Positions 12,052 through 25,654 of a DNA stretch of 64,000 nucleotides are shown here, in pieces (position 1 is the stretch's first letter; each line of letters begins with the position of its first letter). Below the pieces are notes generated by a model. The model was given only the letters and a program-made list of their open reading frames with translations. It had not been told where the DNA came from and ran no database searches. The stretch covers positions 2,418,001-2,482,000 of the forward strand of contig JBHGNT010000021.1 in NCBI GenBank assembly GCA_043228905.1. Direction: 5' to 3'. The position numbers were made by a program, and so were the translations under genes. The DNA is from Azolla caroliniana (lineage: Eukaryota > Plantae > Polypodiophyta).

Positions 12052-14124
12052 CTATGTAGCCCAACCATTTTGAGGTGTTGCTTTCCATGTAGACATGGCA
12101 TGCAACATCCTTCCTTTCCAACCCATTAACAAATACTGACTATTTTGAGATACAGTGTATTCCTTATGGCATGTTTCAAGCATGATTTCCACATTTTTCT
12201 TAATTTTTTCACTCAACGGCAATTGTTTGAACCCCACCTCTTCAGTAACCGCTTGCCAATGTTTGTATTTATCGACCCTTTCAACTACCTCTGACCCTTC
12301 ACATGCAACTATATTCAGTATTGCTTTTCCCAAGATCTCACTCTCAAATACTAATCGATCACTCTTTTCTCGATCGATGAATGTGTCAAGCATATCAAAC
12401 ACACTCTCGAAGTGAAACAATGCTTCTTTAAATCTCCGTACAAAGAAAGGTGTGCTATAAGAACCAGTCACAATTCCTTGAACATACACGTCTGGATTCA
12501 CGTCCCTCCCTTGCTTCAAAAGCTTAGATCTAAGCATAGGAGAGTCAAGTGTTTCATCCATCACATATCGAAGCAACGAAGTGGAAAGAACCACCAGCAC
12601 TTCACCGGGGTTTCGATATGGACTCACAAAGTCTTGCATATCTAGATTCTCTTTACCCCCGGCCCAACCTGTGTATTTGAAAGGAACACCGTATACTTCA
12701 GCACAAGCTGATAACTGCCTGCCCGTCCTCTGGACCTGATCCTCGACCACATCGAGTTGAGACGGAAGCATGGAGTAGTGAGGGAATCCGAGGCCTATCA
12801 AATGCACCTCAGGAGGCCCCCCTGGCCTCGCTGCAAATGCTTGAAAGAGCGAAGGATACTGAACACCGTCCACTTGTAGCTCTAATATATGCACTTTTGA
12901 TGCACCCTTCGCAACATCAAGTATGGTTTGATTGATGAAATAGTGATAAGCTTTCACAAATGGGCAAGAATTCATGTATAGGCAAGTAGCTCGTAAGACC
13001 TCAGCTGCTGAAGGGCGTCGCCGCATTAAGCCCATGTATACAGGCCACCCAGTGCCAGAGAACCGAGCATCCATAGCTTCGACGAAGTAATAGGCCAATC
13101 TCTCTGCACTATTTCCATAAGGTGATGCATGTTGTTTCACCTTGTTGAGTATTTCAATTGCCCTCTTTGTATTGTTTAGCCCTACTGCTTGTGCACACTG
13201 GAGTAGAAGGTCATTTATATCGATGAACTCGTGTTCTCCATCTCGAGTAGACTTTGAAGATTTGGCACCAGATTTCTTCAAGCTCAATGAGCTTTCTTTC
13301 CTTGGTTTTAAGACCTTCCCTACTTTCTCGGCTTTTGGCATCTTATTGCCAAGTAATCTCACTCCAATGTCATCTTGGCTTCCATGTTTACCTGCTATGA
13401 GCACTTGCCCATTCATTGGTAACGAGAAACTCTGCATTTGTCCAGGTGAAACTCCTTTGCTATCAACATAAACCTCGTCCATGGGAAAACTCGTAGATGA
13501 CATTATTTGCTCATTCCCTAGCAATTTCAAATCCTCAAATCCCCTGTGAAAGAAAGAGGATGAAGAAGCTTTATGATCGACAGGTCCTGTCAAACTATTT
13601 AAGAGAATTTCATTCCTTGAGGCCTCGGAATCACTGTTTGACCACAACAATGAGCTTTCGGGAGATTTGGCATTTGATGTATAAACCAATGCATCGAGAT
13701 AATCTTCTGAGATGGATATGGAAGGACTTATACCATCCGAAGAACCAGGGCTCCAACCTTTGACATTGAAATCTAGAGAAGGCGAATCTTCTTTTAATAC
13801 AGATGCTAATTTCTCTTGATAGGCTACAAATTCGTCATGGCTAAGCATTAGATTGCTTGCATTTTGCTCATCATCATCTTCTGCTAGAATATCTGATATA
13901 TATGAAAGGGCAGGATCCCAGAGGGGTTCATACTGGTAGCTGTAGTCATGACTATTAACTGGTAAATTGTGTGATTGTTCACCATTAACCATCAGAGAAG
14001 GTCTTACATGAGATGCGATGCCTCGATTCCGAGCACAATCTATCTCTGTCTGGGTTTGTTGAAAAATATCGCGCAAAACAGCAGAGAAATCGGCACTGTA
14101 TAGTCCTTCGCTCTTCCTCTCCAT
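12052..14124 (-). CDS. GRAS family transcription factor, LISCL/SCL14-like (690 aa, intronless CDS)
   Basis: N-terminal LSYISDILAEDD (LISCL-type motif), LLLQCAQAV, SPYGNSAERLAYYF, VHILE (VHIID region), PFFVRRFKEALFHF, NIVACEG, and GWKGR...STW (SAW). First ATG is at 14124. Confidence 0.95.
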   Translation of the reverse strand: MERKSEGLYSADFSAVLRDIFQQTQTEIDCARNRGIASHVRPSLMVNGEQSHNLPVNSHDYSYQYEPLWDPALSYISDILAEDDDEQNASNLMLSHDEFVAYQEKLASVLKEDSPSLDFNVKGWSPGSSDGISPSISISEDYLDALVYTSNAKSPESSLLWSNSDSEASRNEILLNSLTGPVDHKASSSSFFHRGFEDLKLLGNEQIMSSTSFPMDEVYVDSKGVSPGQMQSFSLPMNGQVLIAGKHGSQDDIGVRLLGNKMPKAEKVGKVLKPRKESSLSLKKSGAKSSKSTRDGEHEFIDINDLLLQCAQAVGLNNTKRAIEILNKVKQHASPYGNSAERLAYYFVEAMDARFSGTGWPVYMGLMRRRPSAAEVLRATCLYMNSCPFVKAYHYFINQTILDVAKGASKVHILELQVDGVQYPSLFQAFAARPGGPPEVHLIGLGFPHYSMLPSQLDVVEDQVQRTGRQLSACAEVYGVPFKYTGWAGGKENLDMQDFVSPYRNPGEVLVVLSTSLLRYVMDETLDSPMLRSKLLKQGRDVNPDVYVQGIVTGSYSTPFFVRRFKEALFHFESVFDMLDTFIDREKSDRLVFESEILGKAILNIVACEGSEVVERVDKYKHWQAVTEEVGFKQLPLSEKIKKNVEIMLETCHKEYTVSQNSQYLLMGWKGRMLHAMSTWKATPQNGWAT

Positions 14125-14187
14125 TGGAGTATATGATGTTACTACCAAAAACTTGATCAAGAAGGTCAGATAGCTATATAAATATTT

Positions 14188-15939
14188 CTGTAACGACAAA
14201 ATAGCCGCAAACACTCTTTAAATTCATCTGAGAAACACAGAACCTAAGGCTTCCATATCTGTAGACATTGCATAAAACCCTGTTGTTACCACCCCAAAAA
14301 AAGAACGTGATAAAAAACAACAGTTTATCACAAGCAACGGTTTCCATGCATAAAATTGATCAAGGAATGCCTCAAAAATTCTCTATTTTCATTATTAGGA
14401 ATCTTCATCTGTGGATCATAAACCAATTTTACCACAGCAGAAAGAAGTGAAAAAGAACAATTTCCATATTGCACATAAAACTGATCAAAATTCTCTACAT
14501 TCTGACATGAGAACACAGGGCTTGAAGCTCCATATCTTTTCAAGAGCTATGATATGATGATGTAGCCACACCAAAAAGAAATAAAACGAAGGGTTTCCAA
14601 ATTTGAGCTCTCTATTGATTGATTATGAACTGTAATTGGTCTCTTGAAAAGATCTGAAAAAAAACTGGTGGAAAGACTTCAAAGAAAATGAAACACAACC
14701 ATTCAACAGGAAGACAAAAGTAAAACGCACTTCATTCAATTCATAGACTGATCAAGGAATGTCTCAAAATTCCTGCATTAATATGAGGAAATCCAGAACG
14801 TGAATCTTCTTACACATATAAAATCTACGAAGACTTTACCAATAAGTATATAGAAACAAAAGCAAAAAAAAGAAATGTTTCCATACGTACACACCTATCG
14901 ATTGATAACATATATATACACATACATTATGTATCTATATCTTCACTGTAATGGATTTCTTGAGAAGTTGTGATAACAAAGATAACAAGAAATTTTCAAG
15001 AGTTCCGAGGGTTTAAAAACTCTGAAACATTATAAAGAAAGAACCTGAAGCTTCCATATCTTCTCTATCGATGTTAGCATACCAAGAAGAAAGAAATAAA
15101 ACAACAGGTTCCATGCATAAAACACTTTTCACGCACGAAATCTATCGACAGTAGGCTTGTGAAAAGATGGCAAGAAAAACCACATGCATTCCTAGGGGTT
15201 AAACTTGAAGCATTTCCAAATCACGAACTGATCAAGAAATTGCCTACATTCTAATGTGAAAACACAGAATTATCTGAAGCTCTCAAACGAAGAAGAAGAA
15301 GAAGAAGAAGAAGAGTGATCCGAAAAGTAAATTTCATAAGCTGTTCTCTGTGTATACTTAATGGGACGATTACAGTACACAGGAAAAAGCCGAATTCAAA
15401 CCAAAATCAGGAACCTTAAGAAGAAAGAGGAAAGAATAAAATTGTAAATTTATTAGATTTTCGTTGACTGTGGACACGAAAATTCATAAGAAGAAGTTAG
15501 AAGAAATGAATAAAAAAGAAGGAGATTCAAAAGAAGAAGGATGAATGAAAATTCACCAGGTCTTAGCTGGCAGTGGAGACGAAACTGTCAAGAATAAGAA
15601 GAAAGAAGATATGAAGAAATGAATGAGATTTTAACTGTTCTTCAATCGCTGTATAGACAAATTCCAAGGGAATAATAAAGAAAGAAGGATATTTTCACAG
15701 TTTTCCTTGGCTGTGGAAACGAAATTCCATCAGAAGAAAGAAAGAACACGATAAGAAATTTACTGGTTCTATGCAGACTACGGAGACGAAATTCCTAAGA
15801 AAGAAGAATGGAAAATGAATGCAAGTATACCAGTTGTTCGCTGCCTATAGAAACGAAATTCACAAGAAGAAAGGAGAAAGGATGACTTGAATGCGAGAAA
15901 GCAAGAAAGGAGCGGATGATTTGAGGATAAGATTGTTAC
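14188..15939 (-). other. Predicted 5'-UTR intron of the GRAS gene
   Basis: Donor CAG|GTAAC at 15940/15939 and acceptor TTTTGTCGTTACAG| at 14188. The minus strand is T/C-rich. There is no transcript evidence. Confidence 0.5.
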
Positions 15940-16063
15940 CTGGATTATGGCTATGGAGAAGAAGATGGGAATGCAGAGCCAGAATAAGAGAACCTTCTCG
16001 TTGCAAAACAAGGGGGATGGAGAACAGAAGACAGACAGCAGCAAGCAGCCTGCAAACTACAGT

Positions 16064-16197
16064 AAACCCTAGAAGAAACGGTAGAGAAAGAAACCCTAGA
16101 GGAAACAGTAGAGAAAGAAACCCTAGAAGAAACAGGAGAGAGAGAGAGAGAGAGAAAGACAGAAAGATAGTCTCTTCTAAGACCAAAATTGGCCCAT
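16064..16197 (-). promoter_or_regulatory. Putative GRAS promoter/leader: three 27-bp repeats each with a telo-box (AAACCCTA), a GA tract, and a site II motif (GGCCCA)
   Basis: AAACCCTAG(A/G)GAAAC.GTAGAGAAAG-type units at 16064, 16091 and 16118. GGCCCA at 16191. Confidence 0.5.
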
Positions 16198-16605
16198 GAG
16201 ACCATAGTATGAACCATACGTAACATTCGCGTAAGAAAAACACCCTCAACGAATGATAAATACTATTCTTTTCGATTAACTATTTATTATCAGGTAAATA
16301 AGCCTAAAAAATAGGAAAAAACATATTTAAAAAATGGGAAAAATACACAAAAAAAAACCATAAGAATGTTTGAATAACATTCGCATTCGTTTTCCAACGA
16401 ATGTTATGCTAGACGAACCTGAATTTTGTGTACAATGCATGAGACAATTGGTTTACAATAAATAAAAAAATGGGGTATTTACCCATTCATTGAAAGTAAA
16501 AATAATAATCATCTTATTTGTAAAATTTTATAACTAATGGAAGGAGTTTTTTTTGAATAAAAAATAAAATAAAAAAATAAAATAAAAAATAAAACAGAAC
16601 ATAAA

Positions 16606-17223
16606 GCTAAAGAGTTCTAGTATAAAAAAAAATGTGTTCTATAAAGAAATGACTTTATACTACGCTTAGTTTCATTTTACATCCAAGTCTCTCAAAAAGA
16701 AGTGAGCGGTCAAAACGGCTAAAGAGTTCTAGTAAAAATAAAAACGTGTTCTATAAGGAAATTAAGGAAATGACTTTATACTACGCTTAGTTTCATTTTA
16801 CATCCAAGTCTCTCTAAAAGAAGCGAGCGGTCAAAGGGTTTCGATGTGGAGGTGACCCGTGGTCCCAATGGAAAAGATACCACAACCATAGTTGCTAAGC
16901 GACATAGCTCATGTTCCCTTTATCTTCTTAATTGTTTCTACTCCACGTCGAGTTGCTTTGAAACCCGACATCCGAGGGTGTTTGGTTGTTCTTTGCATTT
17001 CCGCTTCCTCAAGAGAGAGGCCGAGTGGTGTAGGTGTGTCCACATTCATCGTCTCCCCTTGTTCCTGCGAGAGAGATAGTAGAGAGAGAGTCAAGTTGCT
17101 TTGAAGCCCGACATCCGAGGGAGTTTGGTTGTTCTTTGCATTTCTGCTTTATCAAGAGAGAGGCCGAGTGGTGTAGGTGTGTCCACATTCATCGTCTCCC
17201 CTTGTTCTTGAGAGAGAGATAGT
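16606..17223. repeat. Two adjacent tandem duplications (about 112-bp unit at 16606/16718; about 143-bp unit at 16951/17094)
   Basis: Near-identical direct copies visible by eye. Possibly part of the LINE 5' UTR. Confidence 0.8.
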
Positions 17224-17533
17224 TTAGAGAGAGGAAAAAAAAAAAGAGTGGAGTGAGGAAGAAGAAGAAGCAAATTTGTTTTTATTTCTGTGCTCTCTAT
17301 CGGCAACGGCATTGGGCCTAAAGATAAGCGTTAGAAAGCTCTTGATTAGGGCTTCGTAACAAGATATAGCAAGTTAAATTTGGTGGTCTGTACGAGAAAC
17401 AACGATAGAAATAAGAAATATTGTGTTGTCGACATCCACATACTCAACACACATTGCAGGGCTTTTATTGTCTTCATCATCTTCGACCTCTTCAATCGAG
17501 TGAGTTCCGGTTGTCTCTCTTGTTCATGGAAAT

Positions 17534-20500
17534 TTGTTTTTACCCCGGATCGAAATCACATCAAGAATAATGGATATAAACATGAATTCCTCACAAATTG
17601 TGGGGGACATCAATATGGAAACAATTGATGAAAAAAAGAGTAATGCAATGGTTGAATGTAATCATGAAAGGGAAGATATTGAAAGGTTTAAGAGGTTTAA
17701 GGGTATTGAGGAAATTAATGAGAAAAAATTGACATATGTCGAAGTAATACATGTAGATGCGGTTGACAAGGATCATTGTAATTGTGACAATTTATGGGGA
17801 ATTGTCAATACCTTGTTGTCTGATATTGTGGAAGAAAATGAAAATGAAACGAAAGAATGCATTGGTGAAGATGTGCATGATGTGGAAGTTGATGCTAAGG
17901 CAGTGTTGCGATCTTTTGATGTATTCTATGATTATTTTTTATTGGGAAACTCCCATACATTAATTTGATTAAAGAATGGTTGAACACAATCGTGTCACCA
18001 AATTGTGCTGAAAATATATATGCAAGACCACAAGGGTTTTATGATGTAGTATTTCATTCACCAAAACATCGAAGTGCATTGTTGGCTAAAGTGCTTGTGT
18101 GGATAAAAGATTGGTGCATGTAATGCAATGGTCCCCCATAGTGGACTATCATGCTTTGTTAAAACAAGAATGCCCTTTTTGGGTAACAATGGATTGTAAG
18201 CATGTTTTTTTATGGTCACTTTACCATGGTTGATGAGTTAAATGGGTAAAGTGTTGGTATCTCCACATGCAAATGCTACAAATAATTGCAAATTAGGGTC
18301 ACTTTATGGCGGAATGTCATCGTCAATGTCCTAATTAAGGGAATGGTGAGGAAGGAGTTGGGAGAGATGTTGGTGTGTCAGATATTGTGGTTGTCATGGA
18401 TGAAGGAACATCATATAGAGCAGGTTATAAAGAGGTCTCACTTCAAGGTTTGGGCCCTAAGAATAAGGGAACTCAATCTATGGATATGGAAAAACAAAGT
18501 TGAGTGGTTATAGATCAAGGGGAAAAACCATTGGATAGAGTTAGTAGTGATGTTGTTGACAAAGATTGGCATCAAGTTAAGGGCAAGTCGAAGGGGAAAT
18601 CAATGAATACGCAACATAATAGTTTACTCACTACTCGTGAGACTACTTGACAAGGTAATTCAAGAACTCGGGAGGGTCTTCGAACAGTTCCTTGACAACG
18701 ACAATTTAGGGATAAGGGGGGGATGAGGTATTATCCCTTCACCTTCAATTTGATTCATTGGGACGGGTTGTAAATTCATCAAATTCTCGAGGTTTTCGTC
18801 AAGCGGGAGGACCTAAACAAAATCTTTCGATAGACAACCCTAAGGATGTGGTGCATGAGAATCCATATACAACATTGGAACATGCTGACTAGTTTCATGA
18901 CATCAGTTGCTCTAAAGGAACAAGTGCACCCATAACATTATTGATTGAATGAAAGTGGTAACATGGAATGTGAGAGGGGCATGTTCTCCTCATAAGAAGT
19001 ATATATTATGGGAAACTTTGTTAAGTAAAGAATGGGATGTATTATGTGTCGTTGAGCATAAGTGTCATGAGTTAGCAGGATTCACAGTTCATTTGTGTGG
19101 ATATTCATCATTCTATGCATGACATCTTAATAATCATTATTCAGGTGTGGTATTAATCGTGCGGGATAAATATTATCCTCAAGTGGTGCATAATGATCCT
19201 TATGGTTGGTTTTTGGTTCTAGAAATCATGTTTTTTGGCGAGGTTGTGTGGGTGGTTGGGATTTATGCCCCTAACCAAGCCACTCAACGTATTGTATTAT
19301 GGGGTTCACTCCTTCAAACCCTATGTGTGGGTCGTCCATGATTACTTATGGGTGATTTTAACATGTGTGTTGATACATCTCAATCTGTCTGAACATTCGA
19401 TCATGGATTATCCTTATCAACTTGCTTGGGATTCATTGGCTATGGAGGTTTTGAAGTTGGATGTTTCGACATGGTTGCATGAGAATGATCCAGGTTTTAC
19501 TTTCCAATCTGCTCAACATAGACAAACATGGAGTCAGTTAGATAGAATGTATCTGATGCACGATGATTCTTTTTTACCGACATCACTTTGTATGACAGTT
19601 CTACAAGATGTAGGAACTTCATATCACTTTCCTATTTGTTTGCGGGTTTGTAGTCATGCAATTGACACGTATAAATCCTTACTTAGAAAGCCTCCATTAC
19701 GCTTTAACTTTTCTCTTTTGCTTCAACCTCACGTTGATTCTCTCATGGAGAAAATTTTGGTAAATTCTTCACAAGAAGTGAATCATAAAGGAGTTAAAGC
19801 ATGGGATATCACGTTATGCAACATTAAGATCATTCATCGTATGTATGGAGTAACTAATGCTCAACGAAGAAGAGGTCTTCTTCGACAATTCTCACAAGTT
19901 CTCTCCTAGTGTAATGCATTATTGATATGTGTTCATTACTTTAAGGAGTTTATTACTTTAAGGAGTTGATTGACCCACAATTGTTAGTGACAAATGAGGT
20001 GAGTAGATCATGTCATGAGTTTTATGATGTGGTTGGATGTATTGTTCATTATATGACATATGTGTTCATTACTTTAAGGAGTTGATTGACCCACAATTGT
20101 TAGTGACAAATGAGGTGAGTAGATCATGTCATGAGTTTTATGATGTGGTTGGATGTATTGTTCATGACCTCATTAGTTAGGAATTGGATGAGGATTTCAC
20201 TGAGGATGAGGTGGACACGGTTTTAAGCCATCTTCCTAGTGGCAAGAGCCCTGGTTGGGATGGCTTGACAAATGAAGCTTTTAAACGATATTCGAACATT
20301 TTAAAGGGGCCTTTAACTTTGATGTTTCAACATTCTTGGGATTCTGGTTGTATGCCTCAAGCTTGGAAGGTTGGTCTAATTAAATTAGTTCCAAAGGTGG
20401 CATCTCCCAAATCATTTCATCAATGGAGTCCTATTTCTTTGATCGGGGGGTTGTATAAGATATTTACAAAGGTCTTGGCAAATAGATTACAAAAGTATTT

Positions 20501-21287
20501 ACCAAAGTTGTTACATCTTGGCCAATGTGGTTTTATTGCAGGTAGGAATATATTGCATAATGTGTTGAATGTTCAAATGGCCATGGATTATGCTCGAAAC
20601 ACTCATCAAGAATGGATTATGGTACAATTAGATTTGGAGAAATCTTATGATCATGTTAATTGGTCCTTTGTTTCTGGGTTAATGCATACAATGGGCTTTG
20701 GACCTCGTATGTCTCACCTCATATTTTTATTAGGACAAGATGCAGTGTCTCGAGTAATGCTTAATGGGGGAATTACATCAAAAATTGCCCTCATAAGATC
20801 CGTTCATCAAGGATGCCCTCTTAGCCCATTGTTTTTTGCCATTGGTACTCATCCCTTGTCAGTGATGCTATAAAGGCTTGCAACAAATGGTGACATTGTG
20901 GGTCTACACCTTCCCTCTGGAGGGCAACTAGTAGCACAAGCTTTGGTTGATGATTCTTTCATGTTTCTACAAGCCTCACGAGAGAATCTTGTGAAGGGGA
21001 TGCTTGTATGGAACCAATTTGTATTGGCTTCCGGATTACATATTAATTGGAGGAATTCTAGTCTCATATAATGTACTAAAAGGGATTTGGAATGTTTTGG
21101 ATGACAAGGATCCATGGTGAAGAAAGGCTCTATTTTTCAACACATGGCCATTAGGAATGTCAAATGTTACAAATGGGCTATCCATTAGGAATGTCAATTG
21201 ATTGAATAGATGTCTCGTAAGTTGAGGGATAAGTTCATGTTTTGGAAGTCACAATCTTGGCCATTTCATGTACGCTTGAAGGTTTAC
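17534..21287 (+). mobile_element. L1-clade LINE, 5' part (ORF1 remnant, APE endonuclease from 18949, RT 20184-21000), decayed
   Basis: MKVVTWNVRG, GIYAPN, LMGDFN and SQLDRMY (APE). KSPGWDGL, LDLEKSYDHVNW, QGCPLSP and LVDDS (RT). Internal duplication at about 19926-20165. Confidence 0.9.
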
Positions 21288-24200
21288 TCTTGAGAGATCA
21301 AGCTCAACTAGAGTTAGTTAGTTAGTCAACCATGTAACTTCGTAGTTACCAAGATAGAATCTAGTTAGAGGTGTTGACTATAACGCCTTAAATAGGTCCT
21401 TGTACTTAAGTAGGATATTCTAGATCCTCCACTCCCAAGGTCATTTAATATAGGACTTACACGGTGTCACGTTGTTACGCGCGTGCGTGGAGAACAAGGC
21501 GGGACCACCGGGGTCTTGGGCCGAGAAATAGCTGAGAAGGAGGAGAACGGAAAGGCAACGGACGCACTTGCACACGCACAGACACGGGAGCACATAGGAT
21601 CACAGTCCAACAACACAGCAAAACGAGACGACTAGAAGTCCGAGTATATGAACACGTATGTATATATATATATATATATATATCAAGATGGTTACAACTA
21701 ACAAGCCGGCAAGGCGAACACCGCCGCCTATTCACTCACACACAGAAGAGCGAGATGGAGACTCTGTCGGAAGCACATGGGCGTTCCATGGAGCAAAGTC
21801 AGCCTCCCGAAAACCTGCGCAAAAAAATGGCTATGGAGAGTGGCAGAGGAGAAGAGCTCGGTCCCGGTCCGGCTGCACTTCGTCCTCTCTAACGCACGAT
21901 ACCTTTTTCATTCCTCTCCCTCTCTTTTATAGCCCAAGGAGGGAGGTCGTTATCATCCGTTACATCACATTAATTCTCTGTCCTTTCGGACAGGGATACA
22001 CCTCGATTCTCTCCCTATTGAATGCATGCTACCTAGGATTTCACCTTAGCCGACTTGTACCTACCTACTTACCATACAACGAAAAGTGTGATCACGTGTA
22101 AGGGCCGGTTTACACACGCTAAACTCGGTTTCCACCTAGGGACGGTTTTCTTCACGACATCCGCCCCCACCTAACCGCGCATCCACCGTTATGCGCCAAA
22201 ATTGGGCCCTTGCTAGAGAAAACCGGTCCATGCTTTACTCCTCGTCTTCTGGATCGTCATCCGCCTCGGATCGCCCGCCGTCGCCATCCATGCTATCCAG
22301 ATCCGGCTCGCACTCGTGTCGTTTCTTAAACGCTTTGACCCTCTTCCCCACTACCGGTATTGCCATCCTCGTACCGTTGAGCTCCGCAAGATGGTAGGTC
22401 CCGTTGTCGTTGGCGCCTGTCACCACGTAAGGCCCGAACCACCTCCTTGCAAACTTCAGCGTTGCCATGTGCTGGTTGTTGAGGCTGCTATCATACACTA
22501 GGACCCAGTCGCCTTCCTCGATTTTCTTCGGTCACAGTTGGTGAGTCCGGTCAAACCGCCCTTTGTTCTTCAACCTTGCCAACCGAAGCTTCTCCGCGGC
22601 TCGTTCCACGTCCTCCGGCCTTCGCTCGAGCTGTCAAATCCGTGCCGCTAGCAGCTCCTCCCGGCTCATCTCATCTCTCCAGTCCACCGTGGCCCATGAG
22701 GAGATGGTTCGCTCTGTTGGCATGATCGGCCTCTGTCCGTACATAAGCTCTGCCGGCATGAACCCGGTTACCGAACTGTGCGTAGTTCGGTCCGCCTACA
22801 AGGCATAAGGCAGCAGTCGCGGCCAGTTCCCGACTTGGCCTTCACACGCCCGTACTAGCGCTTTGACGATCGGCCCGTGTCCGCGCTCCACCTTCCCGTT
22901 AGCCTCCGGATTGTACGTTGTGGTGAGCGAGAGTTTGACCCCTAGTCGGTCAAACAGCTCTTCAGCCTCTTGCGCGTCCAACTCTCCGCGGTCAGCCACG
23001 ATCTTTCCTATGCTCCCGTACCGACATATCACGTCCTCGATCAGAAACCAGCATACAACCGCGGTCGTTTTGTTCTGCAGCGCTCGGCCTTCAACTTGGT
23101 TCGTCAGATCCTCCCGAGCCAACACTAGATACCGCATCTGTCCTACCCCCATCACCATCGTCACCAAATCCACCATCCATTTGAAGTGGACGGTCGGAGG
23201 GTAGGTCGGGTGAAGTTCATCCCGGTGTCGGACTATGGAATGCATCTGACAGCTTTCACAAGTCATCACGAACCAATGCACGTCCCGGTACAGTCCCGGC
23301 CACCAGTACTTCCCCTTTAACTTCTCGAATGTGGCCCACGTTCCGCGGTGTCCGGCCCAGGAACTCTCGTGGTAGGCCTCCAACAACTCCTCCTATTCCT
23401 CCTTCTTCGCCACCACTCGGAGCAGGATGTCGTCCCTCTTCTTCGGCTGCTCTTCCGGATCTGGTTGGCCTCTTCCTTTGTCCACGCCGCGTCCGGTGTC
23501 ATTGTTTTCAGGAGCCCGCCGATCTAGAGCCACTCCCCGTCATACTTGCTCTCGTCGAATTCGTTAAGCGCCGGAGTGCTCCCCTTTCTGGTTGTCACGT
23601 ATGCCGCCTCGAAGAAATCTACGCCGACTTCCTCGTCCTCCGAAACCATGTCTTCCTCGTTTTCGAACCTCGCCCTTGAGAGCATGTCGGCCATGGCATT
23701 GTCTTTTCCGGAAATGTGTCGTATCTCCGGATTCAGGGACTTGATGTACGCTATCCACCTGAGCATTGCCAGGTCCGGAGTCGCGCATTCGGAAACCATG
23801 CTGAGAGTCGGCAGGCAGTCCGTCTCAATTATTACCTCAGTCCCGATCAGATAGTTTTTATCGGCCTTCACCGCCGAAACGATACCCCAGAGTTCGCGTT
23901 TAACCTGGGCGTATCCTCACTTTCGCTCACTGAGGACCTTCGCGCCGAACCGGATGGGGAACCTCGTGCCAACGCCATCCTCTTGGTTGATCACCCATCC
24001 GATCCCGGTCGGACTCGTGTCTACGGTTACGTAAATCGGAGTGGAGTGTCTTTGCAGTAGACAACCTTTTGGAGCACCGGTGTTGTGGCAAGTGCTTCCT
24101 TCATCTTTCGGACTGACTCCGTATGCTCGTCTCCCCACTCGAATTTACGCCCTTTCTTCAGCAACCCATACAGCGGCTCCGCGACGTGGGCGTAATGCGG

Positions 24201-25588
24201 GATCCAGATATGGTAGAACGCGCATGCTCCCAAGAATCTCTGAACCTCCGTAACCGAATTGCAGTCATGCTTCATCGCGAAGATGGCTTCCACCTTGGCC
24301 GGAGATGGTTTCCAACCGTATGGTCCGCATAGGTGCCCGACGACCATGATCTCTGATTGCCCAAAGGCCGATTTTTCCCCGGAGAAGGTGAGGCTCGCGC
24401 CTTCTAGTCTCTGCAGCACCTTCTCGCAATCATCGATGTGAGTCGCCACGAAATTCCGACATCCGTCCGGTCCGATTGTCTCGTCCTTTTCCTCCACCGG
24501 GCATCCCCTAATCGGGATGTCGTCTAAGAATGGCATGGTGATGTCCGGGATACAATCCCTGAGCACTTTGTTCATCGCGTTCACCATGTGAGCCACCAAG
24601 TTCGTCCCTCCTTGTGGTAGGGTACACATCCGCACTAGGCCGAGAGGAGTCCACATCGTCGTAATGTCTCTGCTCTCCACGACTAGTTGAAACTGATCGT
24701 ACCCCGAGTACAGATCACCGACAGAGTAAACCGACATTCCGGCGAAGGCCTCCGCGAACTCGTCTATGGTCGGTCTGATTCCTGCGTTCCAAATGGTCAT
24801 GTTGTTGACCAGTTGTAGGTCTTGAATAAAATGTAACGTGTCGTTCTTCTTTGGCACGGTAAACCACCGATTCGAGTATGGGGCACTCGACGGTTCGAGG
24901 ATGCCCATCTCGACCTTCTGTTTCAACAGCTCCATCAACTTCGGGATGTGAGCTCTGGGTACCGGAATCAATTTGAGGTTCCACGGCACATTCGGTACCG
25001 TGAAGATCACCATCGGTTACACAATTGTCGGGTCTACGCACCCGACCTCCGGTGAGAAACCGAAAGCCTTCCCGTGCCTCCCGAGCATTCTCGAAAACCG
25101 GTCCTCTTCCGCCAGCAGTAGAAAGCCACCCCCACCGATCTTGAGCTCTCGTAGCATTATATCAGTGAACGTGTGTCCTATGCTGGCCGGACCTCGCAAA
25201 CTCGGGTCCGACGCGCCCCCCTTTACTCGTAACTCGCTGCCCTCCGGCAAGGGTGCCGCTATTGGCCTCACCTTCCGGTCCACAGTCTTGTACTTTGTGT
25301 CCACCCAGGCCGTCCGATCCGACTCGAGCCCGTTACAGAAGTCGGCGATGACTTCATACATCCCTTCCGAACATACCGGAATCGTCCGGTCCTCTTTAAG
25401 GCCTCCTCCGACCACCTCTCGTAACTGTCCCAAGGTGTCGTCGAAAGAGACCGCCTCCACGGCTCCGTTGATTTCCTCTCCAGGGCCGAGGACTCCGCAT
25501 GCCCGAAGTTGCTCCTTCGCCCAACAACGCCGACAATCGTACAACCTCCGCTGTCGGAGAACGAAAATTTCCTACCTATGGTACATGT

Positions 25589-25654
25589 GTGGGGTTCTTC
25601 CAGTACGTCCGGACTACCGCGGCCCCACGCCCTGATAGCCCTCTCTAAAAATCC
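25589..25654 (-). other. Putative -1 ribosomal frameshift cassette of B (G GAT TTT TAG + H-type pseudoknot)
   Basis: Slippery heptamer at 25654-25648 and a 6-nt spacer. Stem 1 is GGGCUAUC/GGUAGUCC and stem 2 is GUGGGG/CCCCAC. Confidence 0.7.

Noticed and set aside
14125-14214. 30-aa N-terminal extension of the GRAS ORF
   Set aside because: It starts at a non-ATG codon and crosses the predicted intron acceptor.
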